Of a stretch of DNA of 64,000 nt, positions 10,541 through 20,028 are shown one piece after another; within the stretch, counting starts at the first letter, position 1, and each line of letters starts with the position of its first letter. Made by a program: the position numbers and the translations under genes. Origin of the DNA: Alphaproteobacteria bacterium (GTDB lineage Bacteria; Pseudomonadota; Alphaproteobacteria; JAAXGF01); NCBI GenBank assembly GCA_963555825.3, contig CAUVXB020000001.1, positions 2,304,001-2,368,000 of the forward strand. The letters are read 5' to 3'. The notes beneath the pieces are model-generated. The model worked only from the letters and a program-made list of their open reading frames with translations, made no database searches and was not told where the DNA came from.

Positions 10541-11382
10541 CCGCGGCGGGCCTGAGTGACATCGCGGTGTGCCACGCCTGCGAGCTTGTGTCCCTCGCCT
10601 GGGCATTGTCTGTTCCACCCGCGGACGGCGTTCCGAGCTGCGATGTTGCGGTAGATGCGGCCATGGGATCGAGCGTGCTTGAATCGGGACGCCGTTGGTC
10701 TGGGGCTGTTCGACGAAGGCGTAGGACGGCTGGATGCCAGAACTTGATCTGGTTGGTGAAGTGGTCCGACAGATACTGGGAGCCGTGATCCATCCGCAAG
10801 GCCAGCGGCGGAGGTCGAGGCATACAGCCTCGCAAGCCCCATGGAGATCGGCTGAAGGGCGGCGAAGCGGTCGCCTCGCTTGCACACATGCCAGCCGACG
10901 CACTCGGCGTTCCAATGCTCGATGGCGGTGAATATCCAGCCCCAGCCGTCGTCCACCGTGAACACCCGAACGCCGTCCGTGCCCCACATGAGGTTGGGGG
11001 CATGGGTGATGATCTCACCGACATGGGGATTTCCGCCACGGCGGCGGCAGCGATGGGGCGAGAGCAGGTTGTTCTCGCGCATCACCCGGAGCCCCCGCTT
11101 GCGGGAAACACGGATGCCACGACAGACCCGAAGCCGAGCCCAGACCTTGCGGTGTCCCTCGCCCTCCCAGGGGGATGCCTCCAGGTCGGCCTCGATGGCC
11201 ACCAGCAGAGCCTCGTCCGAGATCGAGGGCTTCGGTCCCCGGCGCTTTGCTGGTGGGCGCTCAGCGGTGGCCTGCTGCCGGGATTTCATGGCGTAGAACG
11301 AGGAACGGGCAAAACCCCAGGCCGCACAGACCCGCTGGAGGCCGTAGGCCAAACCCGTGCCGGGAGAGGTGGCGGCACTCAT
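10541..11382 (-). pseudogene. IS OrfB copy 2, 3' part corrupted
   Basis: Matches copy 1 for about 190 codons, then many small deletions. Confidence 0.75.
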
Positions 11383-11810
11383 CGCCGCGACCTCCGCCGC
11401 CCCAAAGGGCCGGACGTCTCCGTCTTGGCCTCCAGCAGTTCCACCTGCATGATCAACTCCCCGATCCGCTTCATGGCGATGTCCAGTTCCGCCTTCACCG
11501 GATCGCCCTTGCGTTCCTTGAGCGAGGCATCGATCCCGGCGATCGCCTTCTCACGCCACTGCTCGAGCCGGAAAATCTCCACGCCCAACTGCCGCGACAA
11601 AAGTTCCACCGGCTCGCCACGCAAAAGCCGCAGGGCAACCTCACGCTTGCGCGTCACCGTCCACCGCTGGCCAAGTCCCAGCGGGCCTGCCGGCGAAACC
11701 TGGCCCGGGGAAAACGTGGACGAGCCAAGCTCGCCCTCGTTTACCACAGGCCCATCAACAGCAACTTTGTTCTCAAAATTGTCGGTCATGTTCCGGTCCT
11801 CCTTGGACAC
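11379..11810 (-). CDS. IS OrfA (HTH plus coiled coil), copy 2
   Basis: RWTVTRKREVALRLLRGE HTH; ATGA overlap with OrfB. Confidence 0.85.
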   Translation of the reverse strand: MSKEDRNMTDNFENKVAVDGPVVNEGELGSSTFSPGQVSPAGPLGLGQRWTVTRKREVALRLLRGEPVELLSRQLGVEIFRLEQWREKAIAGIDASLKERKGDPVKAELDIAMKRIGELIMQVELLEAKTETSGPLGRRRSRR

Positions 11811-11967
11811 TTCGATTAAGCCAATTCTGTGTCCAAGGAAATCGGGTCCGACTCACAGTCAATACTGTCGATACTGCGAGCGACGCTGTGGGAAACGTAC
11901 GTGAAAGTTCGCGCCCGGCGCAGTGTGTCGACGTCGAGAGTCCGATCACCTGCGTCAGGATGACAAG

Positions 11968-12435
11968 ATGCTCCGCAAATTAGCCACCATCATCGGCGTT
12001 GCGATGCTTTTCGCGCTGCCGGCGAGCGCCGAGAATGACAGCATCGAGGTCGCCATCAACAAGGCCCATCTCATTCAGCTCGACGTGGATGCGAACGTCG
12101 TGTTGATCGCCAATCCGGAGATCGCCGACGTCGCCGTCGAATCGCCACGCGTCATTTTCCTGCTCGGTAAGGCGCCCGGCGAAACGTCGCTCTTCATTCT
12201 CGATGCAGATGGCAACGATTTGGTGCGCGCCGAGGTCATCGTCACTGCCGATATCGGCGGCCCGGCCGAGCCGATGGCGGACATGATGACCAGTTCCGAA
12301 CCGATGCCGATGATGACGTCTGGATCTTCGGCGCCGAAGTCGAAGGAGCGCGACGTGACGATCTATCGCAACGTCAGTTCGGAGACGACCGTGACCTGCT
12401 CGCCCGAATGCGGAGGGTCCGGAAGCACGCAATAG
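11968..12435 (+). CDS. Pilus formation N-terminal domain protein (Tad-associated, secreted)
   Basis: Signal peptide; VLIANPEIADV...LLGKAPGETSLFILDADG resembles the CpaC N-terminal domain. Confidence 0.85.
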   Translation: MLRKLATIIGVAMLFALPASAENDSIEVAINKAHLIQLDVDANVVLIANPEIADVAVESPRVIFLLGKAPGETSLFILDADGNDLVRAEVIVTADIGGPAEPMADMMTSSEPMPMMTSGSSAPKSKERDVTIYRNVSSETTVTCSPECGGSGSTQ

Positions 12436-12565
12436 AGTTAGCGCAAAGGTTGGTTGGGCGGCGCCGCACAGGAAATCTGCGTCAACAGCAGACGGCGCCT
12501 CGTATCGCGAACATCAGACGACTTCGCATCGACGCCAGCCACGGTATCGGGGGGATGGTTAGCCA

Positions 12566-13432
12566 ATGAAAGTTCTCGTCGCTTCGAGCGACAGGTTGTT
12601 CGCCAGATTGGCTGCCAAGAAGCTCGAGAGCTGGGGCCATCGCATCACCGCGACGTACGACGGCAACGAGGCCCTCGATCAAATCAAGCGTGAGCCCTAT
12701 CGTATCGTCATCGCCGATTGGGACTTGGCGGGCATCACCGGGCCCGAGCTGTGCGTGAAGATCCGCGAACTCAAGCGCACCCGCTACACCTATGTCATCA
12801 TCTATGAGAAGGCCCACGATGCGGCAGACCACGATGCCGACAAGGACCAGCTGATGACCGGCCTGCAGGCCGGCGCCGACGATTATCTGAGCCGGCCGTT
12901 CAATCCACTCGAACTGCAGCTACGGCTCAAGAACGCCAAGCGCCTGCTCAACCTCGAGGACGAGTTGCGCGAGGGCCCGGGCACCGACACGATGACCGGA
13001 GTCGTGAACCAATCGAGCTTCCGCCAGTTCTTCCGCGTGATCCTAGCCGAAACCGAGCGATCGAAGGCGCGCGGCGCGCTGATGTACGTCCGCGTCGACA
13101 ACTTCCAGGAAGGTTTCGCGGCCCATGGTTACTCGCCGATGCAAAAGCTGATGGTCGAGATCGCCAAGATCCTCGAACGGACGCGCCGCGACAGCGACCT
13201 CGTTTCGAAGACGTCGGAGGACGAATTCTGCCTGATGCTGCAGACCACTTATTGGGACAAGTGCGAAGGCGTCGCCGAGAAGATCATGCTTCAGACGAGG
13301 AATCTGTCGGTCATCATCGACGACATCGAGCTGCGCGCCGAGATCAGCATCAGCACGGTCAACTTCCCGATCGATGAAATGTCGTCGGACGACGTTCTCG
13401 CCAGCACCGACCGCATCCCCTACCAGCCGTAG
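12566..13432 (+). CDS. REC plus degenerate GGDEF domain protein (PleD/PopA-like)
   Basis: REC (IADWDL, GADDYLSRPF); DTMTGVVN; RDSD-x5-SEDEF in place of RxxD-x5-GGDEF. Confidence 0.85.
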   Translation: MKVLVASSDRLFARLAAKKLESWGHRITATYDGNEALDQIKREPYRIVIADWDLAGITGPELCVKIRELKRTRYTYVIIYEKAHDAADHDADKDQLMTGLQAGADDYLSRPFNPLELQLRLKNAKRLLNLEDELREGPGTDTMTGVVNQSSFRQFFRVILAETERSKARGALMYVRVDNFQEGFAAHGYSPMQKLMVEIAKILERTRRDSDLVSKTSEDEFCLMLQTTYWDKCEGVAEKIMLQTRNLSVIIDDIELRAEISISTVNFPIDEMSSDDVLASTDRIPYQP

Positions 13433-13436
13433 CCGT

Positions 13437-14018
13437 CTACGGCGGGGTGATGGCCTCGGTGGCGCGAAGCGCGGAGGTCGAGAACGCCGGTAAAGTTATC
13501 GTCGACGGCACGCCCGGCAGGATATCGAGCACAATCAACGGGTGGGTGACTCCGGTCAGAGTGACGGTGACCAGCGCCGTGACGACACCGGTGAGGGACG
13601 CGGCGTCGATGCCGCTGGCGACATAGCCGATCTGGATGTTGTTGTTCGTGATGTCAGGGAAGACCGCCGTCATGGCGTTTCTCATCGCCGCGAAGTTGTT
13701 GCCGGCGCCACTATCCACGGTACTGCCCGTACAGGACACGGCTCCATTGGCGATCGCCGAACAGAAGAAACTGTTCGTCCGCAACGAGTTCATTGAACCG
13801 AGCGGAGTTTGGATCAGGGACAGACGGCTGCCGCGCCGCGTCGCCTCGCTGGCGCGGTGGTAATCGAACAGGATCAGCCCGAACTCGAGAACACCGATGG
13901 TGAAAACAAGAAGCGCCGGGAGGATCAAGGCGAATTCGATCGCCACCGCGCCGTCGTCGCGGCGGGCGAATCGCCGCAGGAACCGTCCACGTTCAGTTGC
14001 CGATGTATGCTTGCTCAT
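13437..14018 (-). CDS. tadE: TadE/TadG family pseudopilin
   Basis: GAVAIEFALILP...EATRRGSR. Confidence 0.88.
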   Translation of the reverse strand: MSKHTSATERGRFLRRFARRDDGAVAIEFALILPALLVFTIGVLEFGLILFDYHRASEATRRGSRLSLIQTPLGSMNSLRTNSFFCSAIANGAVSCTGSTVDSGAGNNFAAMRNAMTAVFPDITNNNIQIGYVASGIDAASLTGVVTALVTVTLTGVTHPLIVLDILPGVPSTITLPAFSTSALRATEAITPP

Positions 14019-14463
14019 GATCCACGACGATGTTGAAGGAACTGAGGCCGGCGAATGTAAAGAGACCCGGTATTAGCGGGGTATACGGCACCGTCGCGAC
14101 GACCCTGATGACGTCCAGGCCGGTGACGCCGCCGCCGGAGTAGGTCCGCACCACGTCGATAACGACGTCCGCGCCCGTAACCGACCAGCCGTCCACCAAA
14201 AAGGGCGCGGTGCCTGCGGTATTGCCGTATTTGACGAGGTTCTTGACGCTCGTCGTCTGCGCGGCGGTGATCGGGTTGTCGCTGCGCACGGCCAGCCCGA
14301 CGCCGGCGCGGACGCCCTTTTCGACCGCGTTGGACTGCGCCAGCACGCGGCCGAATTCGATCGCGCCGAGCAGGAACAGCATGAACAGCGGGACGAGCAG
14401 GCCGAACTCGATCGCCGCGGCGCCGCGGCGATCGCGCCCGAGCCTATTGAATAAGTTGAGCAT
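13993..14463 (-). CDS. tadE: TadE family pseudopilin
   Basis: GAAAIEFGLLVP...AIEFGR. Confidence 0.88.
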   Translation of the reverse strand: MLNLFNRLGRDRRGAAAIEFGLLVPLFMLFLLGAIEFGRVLAQSNAVEKGVRAGVGLAVRSDNPITAAQTTSVKNLVKYGNTAGTAPFLVDGWSVTGADVVIDVVRTYSGGGVTGLDVIRVVATVPYTPLIPGLFTFAGLSSFNIVVDHEQAYIGN

Positions 14464-14561
14464 TGTTGATGATCGTCGTTGAGTTGGCGACGGTGCGAGA
14501 TCGGATGACCTCGAGGTGAGTCGGACCCGATTTCCTTGGACACAGAATTGGCTTAATCGAA

Positions 14562-14993
14562 GTGTCCAAGGAGGACCGGAACATGACCGACAATTTTGAG
14601 AACAAAGTTGCTGTTGATGGGCCTGTGGTAAACGAGGGCGAGCTTGGCTCGTCCACGTTTTCCCCGGGCCAGGTTTCGCCGGCAGGCCCGCTGGGACTTG
14701 GCCAGCGGTGGACGGTGACGCGCAAGCGTGAGGTTGCCCTGCGGCTTTTGCGTGGCGAGCCGGTGGAACTTTTGTCGCGGCAGTTGGGCGTGGAGATTTT
14801 CCGGCTCGAGCAGTGGCGTGAGAAGGCGATCGCCGGGATCGATGCCTCGCTCAAGGAACGCAAGGGCGATCCGGTGAAGGCGGAACTGGACATCGCCATG
14901 AAGCGGATCGGGGAGTTGATCATGCAGGTGGAACTGCTGGAGGCCAAGACGGAGACGTCCGGCCCTTTGGGGCGGCGGAGGTCGCGGCGATGA
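14562..14993 (+). CDS. IS OrfA
   Basis: Identical protein to 11379-11810. Confidence 0.85.
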   Translation: MSKEDRNMTDNFENKVAVDGPVVNEGELGSSTFSPGQVSPAGPLGLGQRWTVTRKREVALRLLRGEPVELLSRQLGVEIFRLEQWREKAIAGIDASLKERKGDPVKAELDIAMKRIGELIMQVELLEAKTETSGPLGRRRSRR

Positions 14994-15901
14994 GTGCCGC
15001 CACCTCTCCCGGCACGGGTTTGGCCTACGGCCTCCAGCGGGTCTGTGCGGCCTGGAGTTTTGCCCGTTCCTCGTTCTACGCCATGAAATCCCGGCAGCAG
15101 GCCACCGCTGAGCGCCCACCAGCAAAGCGCCGGGGACCGAAGCCCTCGATCTCGGACGAGGCTCTGCTGGTGGCCATCGAGGCCGACCTGGAGGCATCCC
15201 CCTGGGAGGGCGAGGGACACCGCAAGGTCTGGGCTCGGCTTCGGGTCTGTCGTGGCATCCGTGTTTCCCGCAAGCGGGGGCTCCGGGTGATGCGCGAGAA
15301 CAACCTGCTCTCGCCCCATCGCTGCCGCCGCCGTGGCGGAAATCCCCATGTCGGTGAGATCATCACCCATGCCCCCAACCTCATGTGGGGCACGGACGGC
15401 GTTCGGGTGTTCACGGTGGACGACGGCTGGGGCTGGATATTCACCGCCATCGAGCATTGGAACGCCGAGTGCGTCGGCTGGCATGTGTGCAAGCGAGGCG
15501 ACCGCTTCGCCGCCCTTCAGCCGATCTCCATGGGGCTTGCGAGGCTGTATGCCTCGACCTCCGCCGGTGCGGCGCGGGGGCTGGCCTTGCGGATGGATCA
15601 CGGCTCCCAGTATCTGTCGGACCACTTCACCAACCAGATCAAGTTCTGGGGCATCCAGCCGTCCTACGCCTTCGTCGAACAGCCCCAGACCAACGGCGTC
15701 GCCGAGAGGTTCAATCGCACGCTCAAGGAACAGATCATCCATGGCCGCATCTACCGCAACATCGCGGAGCTGCGGAACGCCGTCCGCGGGTTCGTCGAAC
15801 AGTACAATGCCCAGTGGATCGTGGAGAAGAACGGCTACCTGAGCCCCGCTCAAGCTCGTCAGGCGTGGCACACCGCGATGTCACTCAGGCCCGCCGCATG
15901 A
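14990..15901 (+). CDS. IS3-like transposase OrfB
   Basis: DDE core; one residue different (WSF vs WGF) from copy 1. Confidence 0.9.
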   Translation: MSAATSPGTGLAYGLQRVCAAWSFARSSFYAMKSRQQATAERPPAKRRGPKPSISDEALLVAIEADLEASPWEGEGHRKVWARLRVCRGIRVSRKRGLRVMRENNLLSPHRCRRRGGNPHVGEIITHAPNLMWGTDGVRVFTVDDGWGWIFTAIEHWNAECVGWHVCKRGDRFAALQPISMGLARLYASTSAGAARGLALRMDHGSQYLSDHFTNQIKFWGIQPSYAFVEQPQTNGVAERFNRTLKEQIIHGRIYRNIAELRNAVRGFVEQYNAQWIVEKNGYLSPAQARQAWHTAMSLRPAA

Positions 15902-17799
15902 GACAAACTTGTGTCCAAGGAACCGGGTGCGATACAGGATGACCTCGAGGTAGATGGTGAAATCACTCGGGTCGCCGGCGGGTTCGGTGAGGAACATGTC
16001 GACGATGTCGATGAAGTCATAGTCGATGAATGTCGTGCCCCCCACTGGAACCGCCGGGCAATCGACGACCGCCACCCTGAAGACTCGCCGCCGCGGGTCG
16101 GCCGGATCGGGGACCGGCGTGGTCACCGGCACGCCGCTGTCCGGAAGGTTCACCCCCGGCGGGTTGATCGTGGTGAACGTCGCGGGTATATCGACGGCAT
16201 CTCCGTCGTCGTCGACCAACGGATAGATCGTCCGGCAATCCGTCCCGCCGCCGCCGCTCGCGCAATTGGTATTGTCGCGCGCGAAGTCTTCGTCGAGTTC
16301 GTAGAGATACATCTGGTAGCGGGTATAGTTCACCAGATCGGTTACCGCCTGGGCCGTTATCAACCCGTCGCCCACGTGCTCGGTATTCCAGTACGTCGTC
16401 GGGTCCCAATCTGCGTCGCCGATATAGGGCGTGGCTACGGTGATGAATTTCGCATCGCGCGGATACGTGACGATGTTCTCCGCCGGGTTCCTTATGGCAG
16501 CGGGGCCTACGTCGAAGCGCGAGTTGATGCCACGGTTGACTTGTTGCGCGGCGATGCCGGTCTTGGTCTGGATCCCCAGCCCCGAGCAGGCAGAATTACC
16601 GACTGCCGCCAAGAGGTCCCGCACATCCGGAGCGCCGCAGTCGCCGGGGGCGAGCGACAAACAAACCAGGGCGAAGTTGCCGGCCGCCGGCGATCCGGAC
16701 GGATTCCTGAGCTGAACCTGCTGGCCGGCGCTGGTGTCAGCACGGAGGTCCGTATTGTAGGGGGAGCCCTCGCCGTTGCACGCCATCAGCGCGGGCGGGT
16801 CGCAGATGACCGGCGCCGAAACGCAGGCCGCCGTCGCATCGACGTCCGAGAAGCTCCGTGCCGACGCGCTGCTGAGCGCCGCCAATGCGGGTTGCAACAA
16901 CAGCGCCACGGGGCGCGAAACGAGCGTCACCCGCATCGCCAGCGCGCTCGCGTCGACCGTCGTGGTGCCCGTCAGGGTGGAGTCGGTGTAGAAAATGATG
17001 CCGTTCGTCCCCGTCCCGATGGTAATCGCGTCGGTGCCCGACGTGACGTTATAATCGCTCTTCGGCACCGTTGCGTTGCGCGCGACCGCGTCGGCGCGCG
17101 TCGTCGCGCCGGATTGACCGTCGAGCTGGATCGAGGCCGACAGGCACGCCGCCGTCGGCGGCGTTCTGCATCTGGGAACGCACGACGGCGAGGCGGCCGA
17201 CATCGAGGGCCAGGACCAGGGCGCCCATCAACGCCACGCCGGCGAACGCGACATAGATCGCGACCGCGCCACCGGCGACCGCGCCACCGGCGGCCGCGCC
17301 GAAATCGCCAAGCCGCTTGACCAACCCGTTTAGGGACATGCGGGGAATTACCATGCTTCTCCTAACCTAATGCCGACACTATGGCACGACGCATCCGGCG
17401 GTGCTCAAGTGCTGACGTTCCGGCGAATACGATCATCGTGTCGTCCGTTTCCGTGCGTCGATCGGCGGTTTCCGCACCGCGAAACTCTTCTCCGACGATC
17501 GCCTGCCCCTCGCGCACAACAATTGGGCAGGCCGCCATCACGGTGGACCGCACCGGCGGGTCACCGTCCCCCGATGACCCCAGGCAAAACCTGGACAAAC
17601 ACACGCGCAGCGCATTTTTTATAGCAAGAATCGCCGAATTTTTCAAGTGGCAGCCGTCACACCTGACGGCAATTAATCCCGATGGCGCCGGCGACGGGCC
17701 ACTGACGCCGACGCCGGGGCACTGGCGCGACGGCTTGCCATTGGCTACACTAGGCCCAACATAGTGCGCAATGCGGTCACAACAGCCCGAGCCGACGCC

Positions 17800-18648
17800 A
17801 TGTTCATCCAAACCGAAGCCACCAACGACCCACAGTCGATGCGTTTCCTGCCCGGACGCGACGTCACCGGCGCAAGCGCTGTGACCTTCGCGGATGCGGC
17901 CGACGCGGCGCGCTCGCCGCTTGCCGAGCGGCTGCTCGGCGTCGATGGCATCACCACAGTCGTGCTGGGCGCTGGCGACATCACCGTGACCAAGACCGGC
18001 GACGGCGACTGGCAGGCGCTCAAACCCGCCATCCTGCGCGCCATCATGGAGCACTTCACGAGTGACGAGCCGATTTTCCTGGCCGGCGCGGAGCCCGAAT
18101 TCGTTGGCGACGCCGACGACGACATCGCCGCGCAAATCCGCGAGCTGATCGACACGCGCATCTATCCTGCGGTCGTGCAGGGCGGCGGCGGCATCGCCTT
18201 TCGCGGCTATGAGAACGGCGTCGTTCTGCTCGATCTCGAGGGCGCCGCGGTCGGCCTCAAACACGGCATCGAGAACATGCTGCGCCACTACGTACCCGAG
18301 GTGACCGACGTGCAGTCCTACGAAGACTACGCGCGCATGAAAAAGCCGGGAATGAACACACCCGCGGCGATCGAGATTCGCCGCCTGCTCGACGACGAGA
18401 TCAACCCGTCGGTCGCGGCCCATGGCGGCCATATCGCCCTGATCGACGTCACCCCCGATACCGCCTACATCCGCCTCGAGGGCGGCTGCCAGGGCTGCGG
18501 CATGGCCGACGTGACGCTCAAACAGGGTATCGAGGTCGCGATCAAGAAGGCCGTGCCGTCGATCATCGCCGTGCTCGACACGACCGATCACGCCGACGGT
18601 GCGAACCCGTACTTCCAGCCCGGCAAGAGCGGGGTCAGCCCGTTCTGA
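17800..18648 (+). CDS. NifU/NfuA-family Fe-S carrier (Nfu_N plus two NifU-type domains)
   Basis: MFIQTEAT..PQSMRFLPG Nfu_N; INPSVAAHGG...GGCQGCG. Confidence 0.88.
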   Translation: MFIQTEATNDPQSMRFLPGRDVTGASAVTFADAADAARSPLAERLLGVDGITTVVLGAGDITVTKTGDGDWQALKPAILRAIMEHFTSDEPIFLAGAEPEFVGDADDDIAAQIRELIDTRIYPAVVQGGGGIAFRGYENGVVLLDLEGAAVGLKHGIENMLRHYVPEVTDVQSYEDYARMKKPGMNTPAAIEIRRLLDDEINPSVAAHGGHIALIDVTPDTAYIRLEGGCQGCGMADVTLKQGIEVAIKKAVPSIIAVLDTTDHADGANPYFQPGKSGVSPF

Positions 18649-18679
18649 ACGGGTCCGCGCGGCCGGGCCGCGGCGTGCG

Positions 18680-19924
18680 ATGACGCGTCTTCTCCTGCTG
18701 ATCCCGACGACGTCGTACCGGACCGCTGATTTCGTCGGCGCGGCGCATGCGCTGGACGTCGAGGTCGCCGTCGGCTCGAACCAGCGGCCGGTGCTCGAGG
18801 CGTTCACCGACGGCGCCACGCTCGAGGTCGAATTCGGCGATCTCGACGCCGGCGTCGCGCAGATCGAGGCCTACGCGCGCGACTATCCGCTGGCCGCCAT
18901 CGTCGGCGTCGACGATGTGACCGCCCTGCTCGCCGCGACCGCGGCCGCCGCGCTCGGCCTGCCGCACAACCCACCCGACGCAGTGGCGACGACGACCAAC
19001 AAGTACCGCCTGCGCACGGCGCTCGCCAACTCGGGACTGCCCGCGCCCTCCTTCCGCCTGCTCTCGCTCGACGACGACGCGGCGGACGCCGCCGTCGGGG
19101 CGCCCTACCCCTGCGTCCTAAAGCCGCTTTCGCTGGCGGCGAGCCGGGGCGTCATCCGCGCCGACGACGCGGCGCAATTCGTCGCCGCCGCAGAGCGCAT
19201 CGCCCGCATCCTCGCGGCGCCGGACGTCGCGCCGCTTGGCGAGACCGCGCGGCAGATCCTTATCGAGAGCTATATTCCGGGCGTCGAAGTCGCGCTCGAG
19301 GGCCTGCTCGTCGACGGCGCGCTTCACGTCCTCGCGCTGTTCGACAAGCCAGACCCGCTCGAGGGACCGTTCTTCGAGGAAACCATCTATACGACACCGT
19401 CGCGCCTGGCCGAGGCCGACCAACAGGCGATCGTCGAAGCGACACGGCGCGCCGTCGCCGCGGTCGGGCTGCGCGACGGCCCGATCCACGCCGAGCTGCG
19501 CGTCAACGAGCGCGGCCCCTGGGTGATCGAGATCGCCGCGCGTTCGATCGGCGGCCTGTGCGCGCGCGTGCTGCGCTTCGGCGCCGGCGTGAGCCTCGAG
19601 GACCTGATCCTGCGCCACGCAATCGGTCTGGAGATCGTGACGCTCGAGCGCGAGCGACGCCCGGCCGGCGTCATGATGCTGCCGATTCCCGACGCCGGGA
19701 CCTTACGCGCGGTGGCTGGCGTCGACGCGGCGCGCGCGGTCGCGGGCGTCGACGGCGTCACCATTACGCTGCCGATCGGGCAGGCGGCCGTGCCGCTGCC
19801 CGAGGGCAACAAGTATCTCGGCTTCATCTTCGCCCACGGCGCCTCCCCGAACGAGGTCGAGGCGACGCTGCGCGAGGCGCACGGTTATCTCGACGTCACG
19901 ATCGATCGCCGCGACGAGGCCTGA
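18680..19924 (+). CDS. ATP-grasp domain protein
   Basis: PCVLKPLSLAASRGV, LIESYIPG, GPIHAELR, IEIAARSIGG. Confidence 0.88.
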   Translation: MTRLLLLIPTTSYRTADFVGAAHALDVEVAVGSNQRPVLEAFTDGATLEVEFGDLDAGVAQIEAYARDYPLAAIVGVDDVTALLAATAAAALGLPHNPPDAVATTTNKYRLRTALANSGLPAPSFRLLSLDDDAADAAVGAPYPCVLKPLSLAASRGVIRADDAAQFVAAAERIARILAAPDVAPLGETARQILIESYIPGVEVALEGLLVDGALHVLALFDKPDPLEGPFFEETIYTTPSRLAEADQQAIVEATRRAVAAVGLRDGPIHAELRVNERGPWVIEIAARSIGGLCARVLRFGAGVSLEDLILRHAIGLEIVTLERERRPAGVMMLPIPDAGTLRAVAGVDAARAVAGVDGVTITLPIGQAAVPLPEGNKYLGFIFAHGASPNEVEATLREAHGYLDVTIDRRDEA

Positions 19925-20028
19925 CGCACGGTCGCACGGTTCGCCACGACGCGCCATAATCTGCTAAACAATGCGCTGACGCACTGCGACAGTGGACCGA
20001 AGGACGCCAGAGGCGACATGACGGGTAG

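Larger units (their letters stand above)
9145..11855 (-). mobile_element. Tandem dimer of IS3-like element inside one 14-bp target duplication
   Basis: Ends TGTATCGCACCCGGTTCCTTGGACAC and (rc) TGAGTCGGACCCGATTTCCTTGGACAC; DR CAGTCAATACTGTC at 9131-9144 and 11856-11869; junction ~10400-10810 degraded. Confidence 0.85.
14517..15936 (+). mobile_element. IS3-like element, intact copy, 14-bp target duplication
   Basis: TG...CA ends with imperfect IRs; DR GGATGACCTCGAGG at 14503-14516 and 15937-15950. Confidence 0.93.
14444..17354 (-). pseudogene. tadG: TadG-like protein interrupted by an IS near its C-terminus and frameshifted near 17153
   Basis: AGGAG RBS; GAVAIYVA...LALDVGR...SQMQNAAD motif; after removing IS and one DR, YLEVI continues RSRTVANSTTIINNAQLIQ*. 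Confidence 0.8.
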
